Shown: positions 12,721 to 26,095 of the stretch, piece after piece
Layout: every line of letters starts with the position of its first letter
Numbering within the stretch: position 1 is the stretch's first letter
NCBI RefSeq assembly: GCF_018350175.1
Contig: NC_058368.1
Span: forward strand, 218,056,001 to 218,120,000
From: Felis catus
Taxonomy: Eukaryota
Length of the DNA stretch: 64,000 nucleotides
Direction of reading: 5' to 3'
Made by a program: the position numbers and the translations under genes
Notes under the pieces: generated by a model
Seen by the model: only the letters and a program-made list of their open reading frames with translations
Told to the model about the DNA's origin: nothing
Database searches by the model: none

Positions 12721-13964
12721 TTGCTTCAATTAAAGCCATAGAACCTGAAAAGGCCTGAATGAAAAGCTAATATCTTGCCTCCTACTGAGAGTGAAATAAA
12801 AGTGGAAATCATAAGCTACATTCAATAGTTTGGGGAAAACAGCCTTCTAGTAGTAAACAAGAGGGAACAGTGGGGTAAAGCCCACTCGTAAACTGGATTA
12901 TGTCAAAGAACACAGTGAAGGGAACAGAATTCAAGGGGAGTTTACTGCGTTCAGGAGGAGGCTGATTCACTGCCCAAGAAGTGAAGGAGAGAAGGTTCCA
13001 AAGATCTTTTGCTCCCATGACTGTCTGTCAGAGCCCCAGATTCTATCTCCGCCAAGGCAAAGCTGGCCACCTGACTCACTGATGAGGCTTTCTGGATTAA
13101 GGGACACTTCAACGTTTGGAAATCAGCTTGATGATGGAATATATGTATATATACATAATTTTTCATAATAAAAATTTCAAAACTTTCCTAAACATCTTAA
13201 CTTTTGCATTAATTCAACTATTGATCTCTATATATTTATATGTGTCTCCCATTCTCAATGCATTATAATAATATGCACACAATCTTAGGATATAGCCAAT
13301 AGCACTTATGTATAATTAGACAAATAGGCTCAGAATGAATGTAATTCTTGTGGAAATTTGAAGAAGTAGTTTATGTAGATGACCACCAAAAAAAAAAAAA
13401 AAGAATACCAAAAACCAAAAACCAAAACATAGTTGAAGACTCAAAAACGATTATAAGGCTAAATCAGATGCCTTGGTTATATCCCAAAGATGGTTGCCTG
13501 GTTCTAGTTGTGTCAGTAATTAGACTTTGTGTCTGATGGACTGAGATGACAGAAACCCAAGGACAAAATCAAACTACAGGGTCACTGTGCCAAAGAACTG
13601 TGCCCCATCTACACAGGAAAGGCATCACTTGAAAACAGCTGTAAGCAAAATTCTCCAGGGCATAGATGTCAAATGGATTGCATGAGACTTCTCTTCTAGC
13701 CTCATGTAGGTATTAACCAGAACGATGCCTAATTCTACACTACCCCTATGCTGTAACAAAACCAGCCTTGAAGAATGCAATTTAAGATCTTTAGCAAAGT
13801 CTATCAATTTGGCCTACCTGGATGAATTTCTTTTGATCAACATACGTCAATCAAGGTGAATAATTCACAACTATCTTACTGTCCCTAGAACAATGACCTC
13901 AATGAAAACTGAATGAAAAATGCAAATACTTGTTACTTTAAAAAGTTGTAAAAACACAAAGGAA

Positions 13965-14250
13965 AGTAGAAACAAACCCATAAATACAAAGAAAAACAGA
14001 TGTTAGCCATTGGGAAGGGGATAGGGGATAGGCAAAATGGGTGAAAGGGAGTGGAAAGTATAGGTTTCCAGTTATGGAATGACTAAGTCACAAGGATAAA
14101 AGGTGCAGAATAGGAAACACAGTCAACAGTATTAAAATAGTGTCGCTTGAGCATAGCATAACGTATACAGACCTGTTGAATCACTATATTGTATATCTGA
14201 AACTATCATAACATGGTGTGTCAACTGTACTTCAGTTATATACATAAATT
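13965..14250 (+). mobile_element. carnivore L1 3' end fragment
   Basis: GGTTTCCAGTTATGGAATGACTAAGTCAC..GTTGAATCACTATATTGTA..TGTCAACTGTACTTCA. Confidence 0.85.
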
Positions 14251-15198
14251 CATAAAAAGCTGGGATATTTTAGTTAAATTAGTGGGCCTTCAAATTGAAT
14301 TATGAAAGGAAGTAAGATTTCTAAAATCTGGTTGGTGGAGAATACAATTGCCTAACTGTGTAACTTTTTACCTCTTCGACACGTTTTTTCTTTTGTTTTC
14401 CTCATCTAGTGTTCCCAGGCCTGAGATTAAATAAGCATTCCAAGTAAATTGAAGCCCTGAAACATCGTTATCAGTAACTTTATTTTTGACAGTGTATATT
14501 CCAGAGATACTTTAGGCTGGGTCATAAGTTTACCTCATCTGGCCTCATTAAGGCTAATTGTGAGTCCCTCTATTATGACAGTTTTAGGATTCTCTATTTG
14601 TCAAAATAAAGTTAGATGACTGGGAGTAGGGGCCAAGAGCAATTTCTAGTGACTGTAATGTTATTATTAGCTTTGTAGCAAATTGTACATCTGCTGAGCT
14701 GGAAAGTCTGAATTAGAGGGAAGGTAGAAGGTATGGAGTCACATTACCTTGGCTGTAGGGGGGACTGCCATTTCTCACTGGAAAATTCAAATCCCAGTGG
14801 TCCTTTTGCATATCACTTTGTAAAAAGATTTTGGAGAAAATTTTGTAAGACAAATATTTTTTAAAAACTTAAAAATATATATAGCAAGGGGATATTAAAC
14901 TGAAAGGAATACAAATGGGAAAAAAAGAGTTAAAGCAGCTAGACCATGATTCATCGCTGACCTGAATACTGGGGAAATGCTCCTAGGGAAAGAGACAGGT
15001 GACCTGGTCTAATTTCCTTGCAAATTGCTAACTGAAAGTCATCCTAAAGAGACTCTTAATATTGTCTTGAAATTAGAAGAGTTCTTATTTATCAAAACTC
15101 TTAGCCAAATATCCTTGGCCTAGGATTCCTTATAGTAAACACAGCTAAAATCCAAGGATTTAGGTATACATGATTTTTTGAAAATATTATATAAAATC

Positions 15199-15401
15199 TT
15201 TAAATTTTTTTATGTTTATTTTTGAGAGAGAAAGAGAGAGACAGAGTGTGAATGGGGGAGAGGGAGACACAGAATTCGAAGCAGGCTCCAGGCTCTGAGC
15301 TGTCAGCACAGAGCCCAACGCGGGACTTAAACTCACAAACTGTGAGATCATGACCTGAGCCGAAGTCGGACACTCAAACGACTGAGCCACCCAGGCGGCT
15401 C
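15199..15401 (-). mobile_element. CanSINE
   Basis: Full antisense element; TSD TATATAAAATC at 15188-15198 and 15402-15412. Confidence 0.96.
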
Positions 15402-15444
15402 TATATAAAATCATAAGGCATCTTGGTATAAAATGGAAACAGTC

Positions 15445-15649
15445 AGAGCGCCTGGGTGGCTCAGTCGGTTGAACCAGGTTTTGGCTCAGGTCATCATCTC
15501 ACAGTTTGTGAGATCGAGCCCCGCATCAGGCTCTGGGCTGACAGTGCAAAGCCTGCTTGGGATTCTCTCCCTTCCTGTCTCTCTGTCCCTCCCCCACTGT
15601 CTCTCTTTGCCACTCTTTCTCAAAATAAATAAATAAACATTAAAAAAAA
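15445..15649 (+). mobile_element. CanSINE
   Basis: GCGCCTGGGTGGCTCAGTCGGTT head, CT-rich body, AATAAA and A-tail. Confidence 0.95.
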
Positions 15650-16228
15650 GTCTCCCAGCTGTATCTGAACCTCTTTGTTTGCCTTTCATGTTATTAGTAA
15701 AGTATAATCCTGGGTAAGAACTGATTTGTATGACTCTGATTTGACAGTCTGATCCTCTGTTTGCTCACATATTCATATGTTTTTTTCCTCTATGAACCAT
15801 TTCCTCTTCCATATCAAACTGTATTTTTCTTTGTCTTTGAAATTTAAACATTACAACCAGATTTTCAAAATTTTGGAGTCCCATTCGCCCTACTTTTTGT
15901 GGGATTTTTATTTTATTTGAAATTACAAGTTCAGTTTATTTGCTTCCACATCATAAATGCTCCTTTTATAGTTTTTTTTTTCGATTCTTGTAATCTACTT
16001 CCTTCTAAACTACTATTATACAGAATTTAGCTTTGCTGTACCATTCTTTGTCTTATTTCATTCATTTTAAAATACCATTTCTTTCAAAAAAAATTCTTAA
16101 CAATAATTTGCAACTTCAATTCTTTGCTTTCATTATTACACTAAGTATTCACCATGCCAATTTGTTTAATACATTGATCATATTTTCAAATTCCTATGAT
16201 ATTCTCTGATTTTATGAGAAGTTGTTTT

Positions 16229-16421
16229 AATTTTTTAAATATTTATTTTTGACGGAGAGAACGTGAGTAGGGGATGGGCGGAAAGACAGCAGGAGAGAGA
16301 ACCTGAAGTGGGCTCTCTGCTGACAGCACAGAGCCTGATGTGGGGCTGGAACCCACGAACTGTGAGATCACAACCTGAACCGAAGTTGGACACGTAACTG
16401 ATTGAGCCACCCAGGCACACC
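16229..16421 (-). mobile_element. CanSINE
   Basis: Antisense element ending GAGCCACCCAGGCAC. Confidence 0.94.
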
Positions 16422-16634
16422 TTAAATTTTTGATAATAAAAATTATAAAACTTTCCTAAACATCTTAATTTTTGCATTAATTCAACTCCTGATTTACTTC
16501 GGAGGTTTCTGGCTTCTGGGTTTGGGGTTTTTTTGTTCGTTTTTTTTTTTTGAAACAATGTTTTCATGCGTCTGATTATTTTATTTATCCTTTCAGAGAA
16601 AATCCTCTGCTTGATCAGTATTTAAAATTAAAAT

Positions 16635-16840
16635 GGGACACCTGGGTGGCTCAGTCAGATAAGCGTCCCATTTCGGCTCAGGTCATGATCTCACAGTTTG
16701 TGGGTTAGGAACCCGCATCCGGCTCTGTGCTGACAGCTCAGAGCCTGGAACCTGCTTTGAATTCTGTGTCGCCCTCTCTCTCTGCCCCTTCCCTGCTCAC
16801 ACTTTGTCTCTCAAAAATAAATAAATGTTGAAAACAAAAT
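16635..16840 (+). mobile_element. CanSINE
   Basis: GGGACACCTGGGTGGCTCAG head; degenerate TSD AAAATTAAAATG / AAAACTGAAATG. Confidence 0.95.
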
Positions 16841-18498
16841 AAAACTGAAATGAAGTTTATTAGTGATTTGACTGCTGTACAAATCATTCAGGACTAGGTA
16901 AGGAATATAGAAAATATTAAAATATAGAGTAGTTTAATTTTGCCCATTGAGGGGACCAGATAAGAGGGATAAGGAGAGAAGTCTTTCCAGGGATGTCCAA
17001 GGTAGAATGATTGTTTTTATGATGAAGAACTATTTAAAGTTTTGTGTGGCTGTTAACAACTGGTACTATTTTATTTACCCCCTTTGTGTGGTAAAGATGA
17101 GACACAATATCCTTGTTCGCTATGACATCGATTTCAGTGCTCTGTACATGTGTACTCCATAACTTAATAGCGCCCAATGGCTTCTACTACTTTCTCACTT
17201 CAGAAAAGGGTTAGTGTAGAATCTTGTTATTTCTGTGCACTTCTTAGGAGGCATTTGAGAATAACTGCAGATCAGTTTGGCTCTTCTTTCAGATAATTTT
17301 CCTTGGCAGATAGTTTTCTAAGTTGTTGACGTGTATACTAACATTTTCTAACTTCCAGCACAGATATGTATCATAGCCTTTATTTTCACATAAAATCGGT
17401 GTTTTTTATGTTAAGTTAGGAAGGAGGTCAGAATCAGATGCCAATATTCAACTCCCAAGTTACCTAGAAGTAGGTTTAGTTGCCTAAATGCATTTCTATA
17501 TTATATGTTCACATCCTAAGAATATCACATCATTGTCACTGAAAAATAATTGGTTAATAGTGACCACACATTGTGAAAATGACTCTACATGCATTATTTC
17601 ACTTCATTTTTACAAGATAATATAGTAGATAACTGATGGTTGCCCTCTTAACAATAATGAACCCTCTTTGCCTCCTTGGTGACGCCCTGACAAACCCACT
17701 TTAGGAACTAAACATCTTCCAGAAAAGCTACTCCACACCTAGTTCAAGGACTGAAGGCCTTTACTTAGGTTAAGCTGATCAGAATTGTCCATTTTTCTGA
17801 GAACACTGCATTATTCTGGAGTAGGCATCTGACCTTATCTAGTTGAATCATAGTAAATTTCAACCATTTTCTGAGAAGGTAGGAATTGTCCTAAGGACAG
17901 AATGACATGGGTGTTTTAAGGACTAAAATTCACACCATCATTTTTGCTATCATATGGAGTACAGCCTCAGACTGGACCCAAAACTCAGAGAAACAAAGAA
18001 TGAAAAGGAAGCAGGACTCCAAATGAATTGTGAAATTTTGGATTAAAGTGTGCCTTAGTGCTAGCTTATAAAAAGTCTACTCAGCTACCTGGTTTTTTGA
18101 TTTGGTTTCTTTCCTCTAATGCTATTTAACACCTCTGCCCCATCTTTTGCCACTGTGCACCATTAAGTTCGGTGACTGTTATCACCTTTCCTGGGTATCT
18201 TTGATGATTTTCCTTGTTCCTCTGTGAGGCCATTTGATGCTCTATGACACAAGTGTTGGCAAAGGTCTCTTATCCATTAAAGAGTGCTGCTTGGAATTTT
18301 TTCTCAGGGAAATGCAACATCCCTTAAAATTATGAGATGGACACAGTTTCATCCATGTCTACAATCTGAGACAGATGATATGTTCTCTACTCAATCCCAT
18401 TTTAACCTAACACGCCAGAAATTTCTCTTATTCTTCTTCCAGTAAATTCATACATAAACGGACCCTTTAAGTACTCATTAAAAAACTTATACTGATGT

Positions 18499-18559
18499 GG
18501 ACACATGAGTGACTCAGTTGAGTGTAGAGATACTTAAGGATAAAATCTTTTTTAAAAAA
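18499..18559 (+). mobile_element. internally deleted old CanSINE remnant
   Basis: Head-like GGACACATGAGTGACTCAGTT joined directly to tail-like GTGTAGAGATACTTAA..ATAAAATCTT..AAAAAA. Confidence 0.55.
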
Positions 18560-21500
18560 GGAATACCAAAGCATTTCATATAGTAATTGTGCGACCTGGT
18601 GTCCTCAATTATTGATTTTTATTTAAATGATTATATAATTCTTATACTGCCTGTTTCATGTCTAATTTTGACATGAAGCACCCGAAAATGTTTTATAAAT
18701 TTGACAATAATTTGACAAAATTTGACAACTATTTGACAATAATTCACCCAAAAATGTTTTATAAATCACAGACTGCTACCCTGGTAGATATTTTTGTTTC
18801 CAGATACTAAAATGGAACAATAATTCAAATTGGAGGTCTTTCTTGCAATAATTATCTATTGAAAAATTTGGGGTATGTTGGAAAAGAATATAATGCTAGT
18901 TTCATATTTGCACAAAATTACCCTCAGCTCACAGTACGATGTAAACAAGATTTGAGTGAACGCTAGAGACCAAGGGCATGGAAATCATAAGAAATACTTT
19001 TATAGTTATAGGTTAAAGCAACTCCTTGACCCAAATGTAATATAAGAAATATTTGTAAGTATTTTATTTGTTAAAAAAAATCAACTACAATTAAACATAT
19101 TTTATGCAATTATTTTTTGTTACTATATATGCTCATTAAAATATGTGTTGTCTAGCATTAATTCACTTATTCAATAGTAATAGTGACAACCCAAAATACC
19201 AAGAAGTATAGATTAGAAGGGGTAATGCACAGTCACAGTGTTTTGGGCTGGGTACAAGAACTATAAAGCTTCTCTCGTAGCGTGATTTATATTTTCCATC
19301 TACTGAAAGACATGATCTCCCAATGATATATATTTTTTAGTGGTACCTAGACCCCCATCACCAACACCAGGACTGCTTTTATTGGCAGAAGATTAGCTAT
19401 CCCAAGTAACAAATCACTTCATTTCTGAGAGACACATGGGCTCAAAACCAACACCATCATCGATTTCCAAGTTTCAAGGTTGTGTAATGGGAATTTCTTA
19501 AAACTTAGCCTTCAGCTAATTTTATTAAAAGTAAATCTTGGCAGCAGCAATATTCAGATTTCTGTAACTCTTGCTGGCTCTTCCTACGGGTTACATCAGT
19601 TTTCTGCTTAAATAGAATTAAAGATATTCTAAGATATTTTGGAACCTAGAGAAACCTAATGAGTGATTTCATTTTTTTAAATTTGTATTTTATTGGCCCT
19701 GTTTGTGAATATCTGAATTCACTGTATTATTTGCAACTGCTGTTTATTTCCCAAAGATTGGCAGTTTAAATAGGGTCGTAGGAGCCAAATTCTTTCTCAA
19801 ATAAAACAAACTCTGTTTTTTTCTCCTGAATCTTTATACTTTTTCAAAATAAATATTTTCAAGAAAATAAATAAAACAGTGGCTTCTTCATACTATGTGA
19901 ATAAGAAGAGTGATATGGAAAAGGAGAATGTTTTAGGTACAGAGACTTTTTCAGGTCCAAGGCATCCTTTGAGAATCCATGGAATTGTGTAAATCTGCAC
20001 TTTATAAGAGTGGAACTTTGTTTCCTCAGACTTTGAGCCCAATTAGCCTTTTATGTGCTGTCTCCCAGGACAGAGCTACTAATAAATAAGGTCCCTCTGG
20101 ACTCCTGAATTCTGATTCAAATTCTGTCCTTGATTCCAGAAGGCTTCAGTATTAACGATGGAAACAAAACTGATCAGGAATCTAAAGTTAAGTGACTTAC
20201 AAGAAGTTGTTGAGTTAGTGAAAGCAACCAGCACTCTCCTGCAGATAGATGGGCTAGTCTGTCATAACATGACTGATTTGAATAAGTAGAAAATATGGTG
20301 TATGAAGCATTTAACTTCGGTTAATAATTAATTACACTTGAAGGTTCACTTTAGAAGATTCTAACAGCACTATATGGTCCTAAAGGTTTAAAGACAGTAA
20401 TGATAAATCCAAAGATTTTTCTTTTTACTATCACATTATGTGGGGCATTCATGAATTCTGACAACAAGGGACACATAACATGATTCTTTTTTGCAGAGTT
20501 ACAGCACCGTGTGTGTGTTTTTCTGCTTTCACTCTGCAGTTCAAAATTGGGCTGTGCAGCCTGAACAGGTGCAGAGTGATGAGCTCTTTGAGCAGCTCTC
20601 CACGCATTCTGGGACTGGTTGAGAACCATTGGATAGACACAGTCCTACCTTGCCAAGAAGAAAATCTCCCCAAACAGGAACAGATGTTAATATGGGCAAA
20701 ATGTTCTGTAACAATAAAATTTTTATTTAAACATTTATAGGAATTCTTTTATTCCCCAAAATGTTTTAGCATTCCAGTTTATGCAAGAATCATTTTGCTG
20801 CAGAATTTCTGTCATTTCAAGGTAACCAGTAAACTGCTGAATAGAGAATAATAAAATTTAGAAAATAATCTCTTTGAATTTTTACATGTGGATCTCACAA
20901 ACTATGCAGTTTCGTTTAAAGATTTGATTTAAAGTAATCCTATGATAAGAAATTATGTGAAGCTTAGTTGGATAGATAGATATAAATTGGATGAATCTTT
21001 GAAATCCTTTGTACATAAATTGGTCTTCAAGGCAATTCACACTGTCAGGTGCACTTCCAATCATTTCTCAACTCCTTAGGAATTTCCATTGCCACAACAT
21101 CTTGGATTAATTTAAATGCACTCTTGAAAATAAGAATCACATTTTAAAACTGTTCCTCTACTCAAATATAAGTTGAATGAATAATTTTCAGGGCACAATG
21201 TTAATATTGAGTCATTACTAGCTGTCACTAGCTTTGGAATACTTCTAAGTTGTTTTAGGTGATCCTGTCCCCCTAATAAATAAATGTGTTAATGATAATT
21301 AATGACCAACAAAAAGATGATTTGGGACTATTTTTACTTGTGGAACATTTATTTAGCATAGAATATTTAGCAGACAGCTACTAATTTAAATAAGTGTTCC
21401 AGAAACTGCCAGGTATTCAGTTTTAGATGTGACACTATCATAATTTAATTTTAAAAACTGATATATAAATGCGTGTTAGCACATGTATGTTTTAATTATT

Positions 21501-24500
21501 ACTGCTTCTTTGTTTTACATCTGCTGTATCTTCTGTCATTTGAAAAACATGGAAATAATTTAAATAAAAATAAATTTTTGTATTTCAAACAAAAAAGATA
21601 ATCTCAAACACAAACTTGTCATTTTTTTTTCTGCAATTGGTAACTACGCACTATTTTCTTTGTGAGTTTAAATATAAATTCAAAGAAAATATTTGAATTC
21701 CATTCCGTGCATTGTGTATGGCACCAAAAAAGTTGAATGAATACAAACCTGAATTATAGTTCCATCTAGTATGCAATATATATCTGATTAATTGAAAGCT
21801 TCAAATATTAACTGTCACTGCCATATAAACTCAAATTACTTCTTTAGACCAACAAGTATAATAATGACAGTATGCCAAACGTTAGATATTTGCCAAGTTA
21901 AAGTAGGCATTTATGTCAGAATGCAGGCAAACAATCTAAACAATTTAACTCAGCTTCTGAAGTCAGAAGGAATATTAAATACTGCTTTACTGCAAGCTTG
22001 TAAGGCCCAAAAGATTGTCTGCAGTGGGATTCCTTTTAAAGAATAGGCCAGAGATACATAAAAAGACAGAGATCCAGGCTACAGCAGTTAGTCACTGTGG
22101 TTTATTTGAACAATTGTATGTGAGCAGAGTGGACACATAACCTACAGTAAAAGGCAGCTGTGGTTAGTAATTTTCAGGTTTTGGACTTATTTAAAGTCAT
22201 CCAATTTCATTTTTATTCTGCATTGAATGAAAAGAATTACATATTAACTAGAAGGAAAAGAACACTTTTCATTCTAGAAAATTAGCAATTGAACATAGTT
22301 TACTTAGAGTATGAACTCTGTCTAAATGAGGAATAGATTAGTATGCTATATAATTGTTAGTCAAAGTGTTAATACAAAGAAATAACAAATATTAATCAAT
22401 ATATGAAATTTGAACACCAGGGTTCAAAAGATTGATAAATACTGCAACTCAGAACAACAAAAGCAAAGGATCCTCACTAAACCAATATTTATATCCACCC
22501 TTACCAAAGACTTTCAGCAATCTTATAGTGTTTAAGGATTTTAATGTTATTAGCATAGCCACACATATAAAATTTTAACTTGACATTTATTAATGTGGGT
22601 CTTTGTTAGTCATTAGTAAATTGTATGTCATTTATTACCTAATCATAATTGTCATTCTTAATAAATTCTGTATTGCCTTTCTAAATCCTGAGTTATTGAG
22701 GCTGCTCAGATATTATCTGGTAATTATTTAAACTGGGTTGATTAAGATGAATGACTCAAGAGAAGTAAATCGAATTTAAGAGAAAACATAGCTAATAACT
22801 ATTATTCCATGACTACACAATGGATTATAAAGGCATTTTGAATTTGTCTTCTATTTTGTGTGTTTCTGCTCCATTTCAATCCCTTACCATTAAATTCAGG
22901 AGTTGAGCAGTGCAAACTACTGCAATAAGAAAAGAATAATGGATTATTAGAGTATAATAATCTTGAGGTGGGTTAATTTCAAGTGACAATTTGAAGCTGA
23001 CTTGGGGAATCTTGTTGAAATAGTGAACCTGGATGTGTTAGAAAATTAGTTGTTTTTTTTTTCTTTGCAATCTTTTCACCATCAGGTCTGGATTAGTTGA
23101 TCTCTGTGTGCACTAAAACACAGGGTAGCAGAAAAGGGAGACGAATGCACAGGACATTTCCAAAAGCAAAGCAAAAGAGGAAATGCTATACTGGCATGGA
23201 GAGACTTTGGAAATAAAACAAGGTGATTAAAGTACTCAAAGATATCCAGATAGGTGAGGGAAAAGTACAGGAACATAAAAGCTGGGACTCCATGCATCCA
23301 GCAGTGATGGAGTAACAGCAAAGACAAAGTTAAAGATGAAAACAAACTAGTAAGTACCAACTGGTAGTTTGATCTTCCTTGGCCTCCATTTGGTGTTCAA
23401 GGGGCTAATATGCCACACGAAAGACAACTGTGCTAAGAGATTAGTGGTTGCTCGATAATGTGAGGTCACCCAAAGAAGCCACATAATACACAACACCTCA
23501 TGTTTGAAGGAAAAAGAGAAGCAGGTGGACTTCTACAGTGAGTGCTAACATGATATCCAAATGACATGGGAATAATGGTCATACAATGAGACTCCTCTGT
23601 GCAAAATCACAAGGATGCAGTTCTGATTATCCACCGTACAGCAAATTCAACAAAGACAGAGAAAAAAAATCATTTGGACCACAGTCTTTACCATCATGAG
23701 GGTCCTATTCCTGGGAGGAAAGATTAGAAAGGTGGACATACGCCTGATAAAGAGAAGGGATATGAATTGAATGCATTTTACTAATAGGAACTGGGATCAC
23801 ATGAAGGAAAGACAGTTTTGATCTCTTTACAGTAAAAAGTTTCAACTTGTAAGAAGATACTGGCTGACTAGTCAATTCAATGACCAAGATCAACTGGCAA
23901 TTTTACCAAGTTAACTGGTGAAGTCAATCCAACTGTACTATTTCATTATGTGTATTGCATACCCAACTCCAGGGAAAACAGAGTTGCAACAGTATTCAAA
24001 GTTTCACTGTGGAAAATTACAGAAAGAGAAGAAGGAGATAGCCTATTTCTACTGACCGTCCTTGGCACTGATTTTTCAACAGAGAAAAAAAATTTAACAG
24101 TTGCACACAAGTAATAGCTTAAAAAAAGCATTAATATATTTCTAAAAAAATGACCCATTATTGATAATGAATGGCTTACTTTTATCTTAATCCCCCAATA
24201 TTTTAGGTTTTAGAGGGCAACATTTAACTACTATACCCTGCTAAATTTGCTCCAGATCTTAACCCTTACTACGTAATTACTTTGTGCTGTCCTTTAGAAA
24301 AGCAATTTAATTCAACCTTCTGTTTTTTCTTTTAACAGACTAGTCATTTCCTCTTTGTTTTTGGAGTCGGGAAACCTTTAATATATTTGTAGAAGATACA
24401 GAATGTGGTTTTGAAAGTGCACACAATACTGCTAAATCAGGAAACAAACACATGAAAACTTTTAATATGGTCACAATTTACTATAAACTATCTCTAAAAA

Positions 24501-25739
24501 AGAGAATTTTTTGATTACCAAAGTCACCTAATTTGTAATTCATTTACTGCTACACACTGTGGTTGAAAATATCCACTCTGGTTTCCAGCAAGGACCATCT
24601 TTGAAAGAGAATCCTTAAAAGTTTGAAAGCAGTGTATAGGGGAACAAACACTTTGTATTTTTTCTCCCCAAATTCTAATGTAATCGTCCATGTAATTCTA
24701 TCTCTGCTGAAAGTATGTTCCATTTTTGTTACTCGGATTTGAATTAACTGAATTTTCTTGAACTCTTTCGAGAGGTTTCTCAGGAATGCGTGGAGGTAGG
24801 AAAGAATGCTTTCAAGCTTTGCCATTCCATGGCTGGGCCTCTCTTGCTACAGTGGAGAAAGTAGCCACTTTGTGTAGCTCCACTGATACTGAGAAGCCAA
24901 CCTGGGGCAAAAGAGCTTGGGCGGCTCCCAGGCTTCCCTTTTTCCTTCTTAGACGGCTTCATGGGTCACTGTCATCAAGATACACAGCCCTTGATTTCCA
25001 AGGAGAAAAACAATGAATTTATTTTTGTAAACTTAATTTTAGTAGAACTCTCTGTAAACTGACATGTTTAAGTCACTCTGGCAAACTTTGTGCCTTCTTT
25101 ATTGAATTTCACTAGTACTTAAAACCTGTTCTACTGCCATCCTGGATACAGCAGTTTCCTCTCTGGGGTGACCTTGTCCTCCCTGCAATGATAATTTACT
25201 CCACGAAGTCTAGATCCTTTCCATCTCCTCCCTACCACAGCTTAGACTCCTTACATCAGGAGAACATATCTGAAACATGTAACGTCACCTTTGTCTTCTA
25301 GTGACTCTGAAAATTGAAATTTTAGGATTGTTGTGCCTCTGGAAATGTTGCAAAGTTCAGAACCAAACTCTCTCCATGTTTTCCACATATCAAATGTCTT
25401 TCTAGGCATGACTCCATATGAAAGTTTATGGGGAAAACTACTTTCCAAAAGATTTCTGGGATGTTATGGAGATCTCACGTTTGACAGGTTGCATTCTCAT
25501 ACAGAATTTGAAAATATTTTCCTTGAATTTAAATCACAGAGGCTCAGAGGGTCAAAAGATACTTAGAGGTTATTTAATTAAAATTCCTAGCAAACATTTG
25601 AAAGCTTACACACATTTTAGGAACTCTCAGAGTCCACTTTTGGCATTCCTGCATGTTTGCTTAATACCCTGTCCTTTGCTGTGTCCTGTCACGCATCACA
25701 AATACTTATTAGAACATAGTCTGATTACCTGTACATCAG

Positions 25740-26095
25740 TTTCACCAAATAATAAGCTCTTTGAGAAAGAGCACTGTATCCGCTTTACTCTGTTGGTCTA
25801 GCACATAGGAAACCACCTGGAATAAAGTAGATGCACATAAAACAGTCTTTCTCCACCCCACCACCCATTTCTAATCTTGCATTCTCTCTGTAATTTCTTT
25901 ACTTTTTCTCCCCTTACAGGTCTTATCAACATTTACATTGTATATATTTTAATTATCTTTTCCATGTATGGTATTGGGAGAAACAAACCTCATGTGGGCT
26001 GGGATATTTTTGTATTCTTTGTACATTATGCATTGAATAGTGTCTGTCCCATAACAGATGCTCAGTGAGTATTTCTTTTGTAAATAAATGAATGC
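25740..26095 (+). mobile_element. two L2 3'-end relics
   Basis: TAAGCTCTTTGAG..CTAGCACA..AGTAGATGC and AGATGCTCAGTGAGTATTT..AATAAATGAATG. Confidence 0.6.

Noticed and set aside
25418..25801. 127-aa ORF, and the 91-aa ORF at 24550-24825
   Set aside because: No recognisable domain; the first runs into an L2 relic; lengths are compatible with chance.
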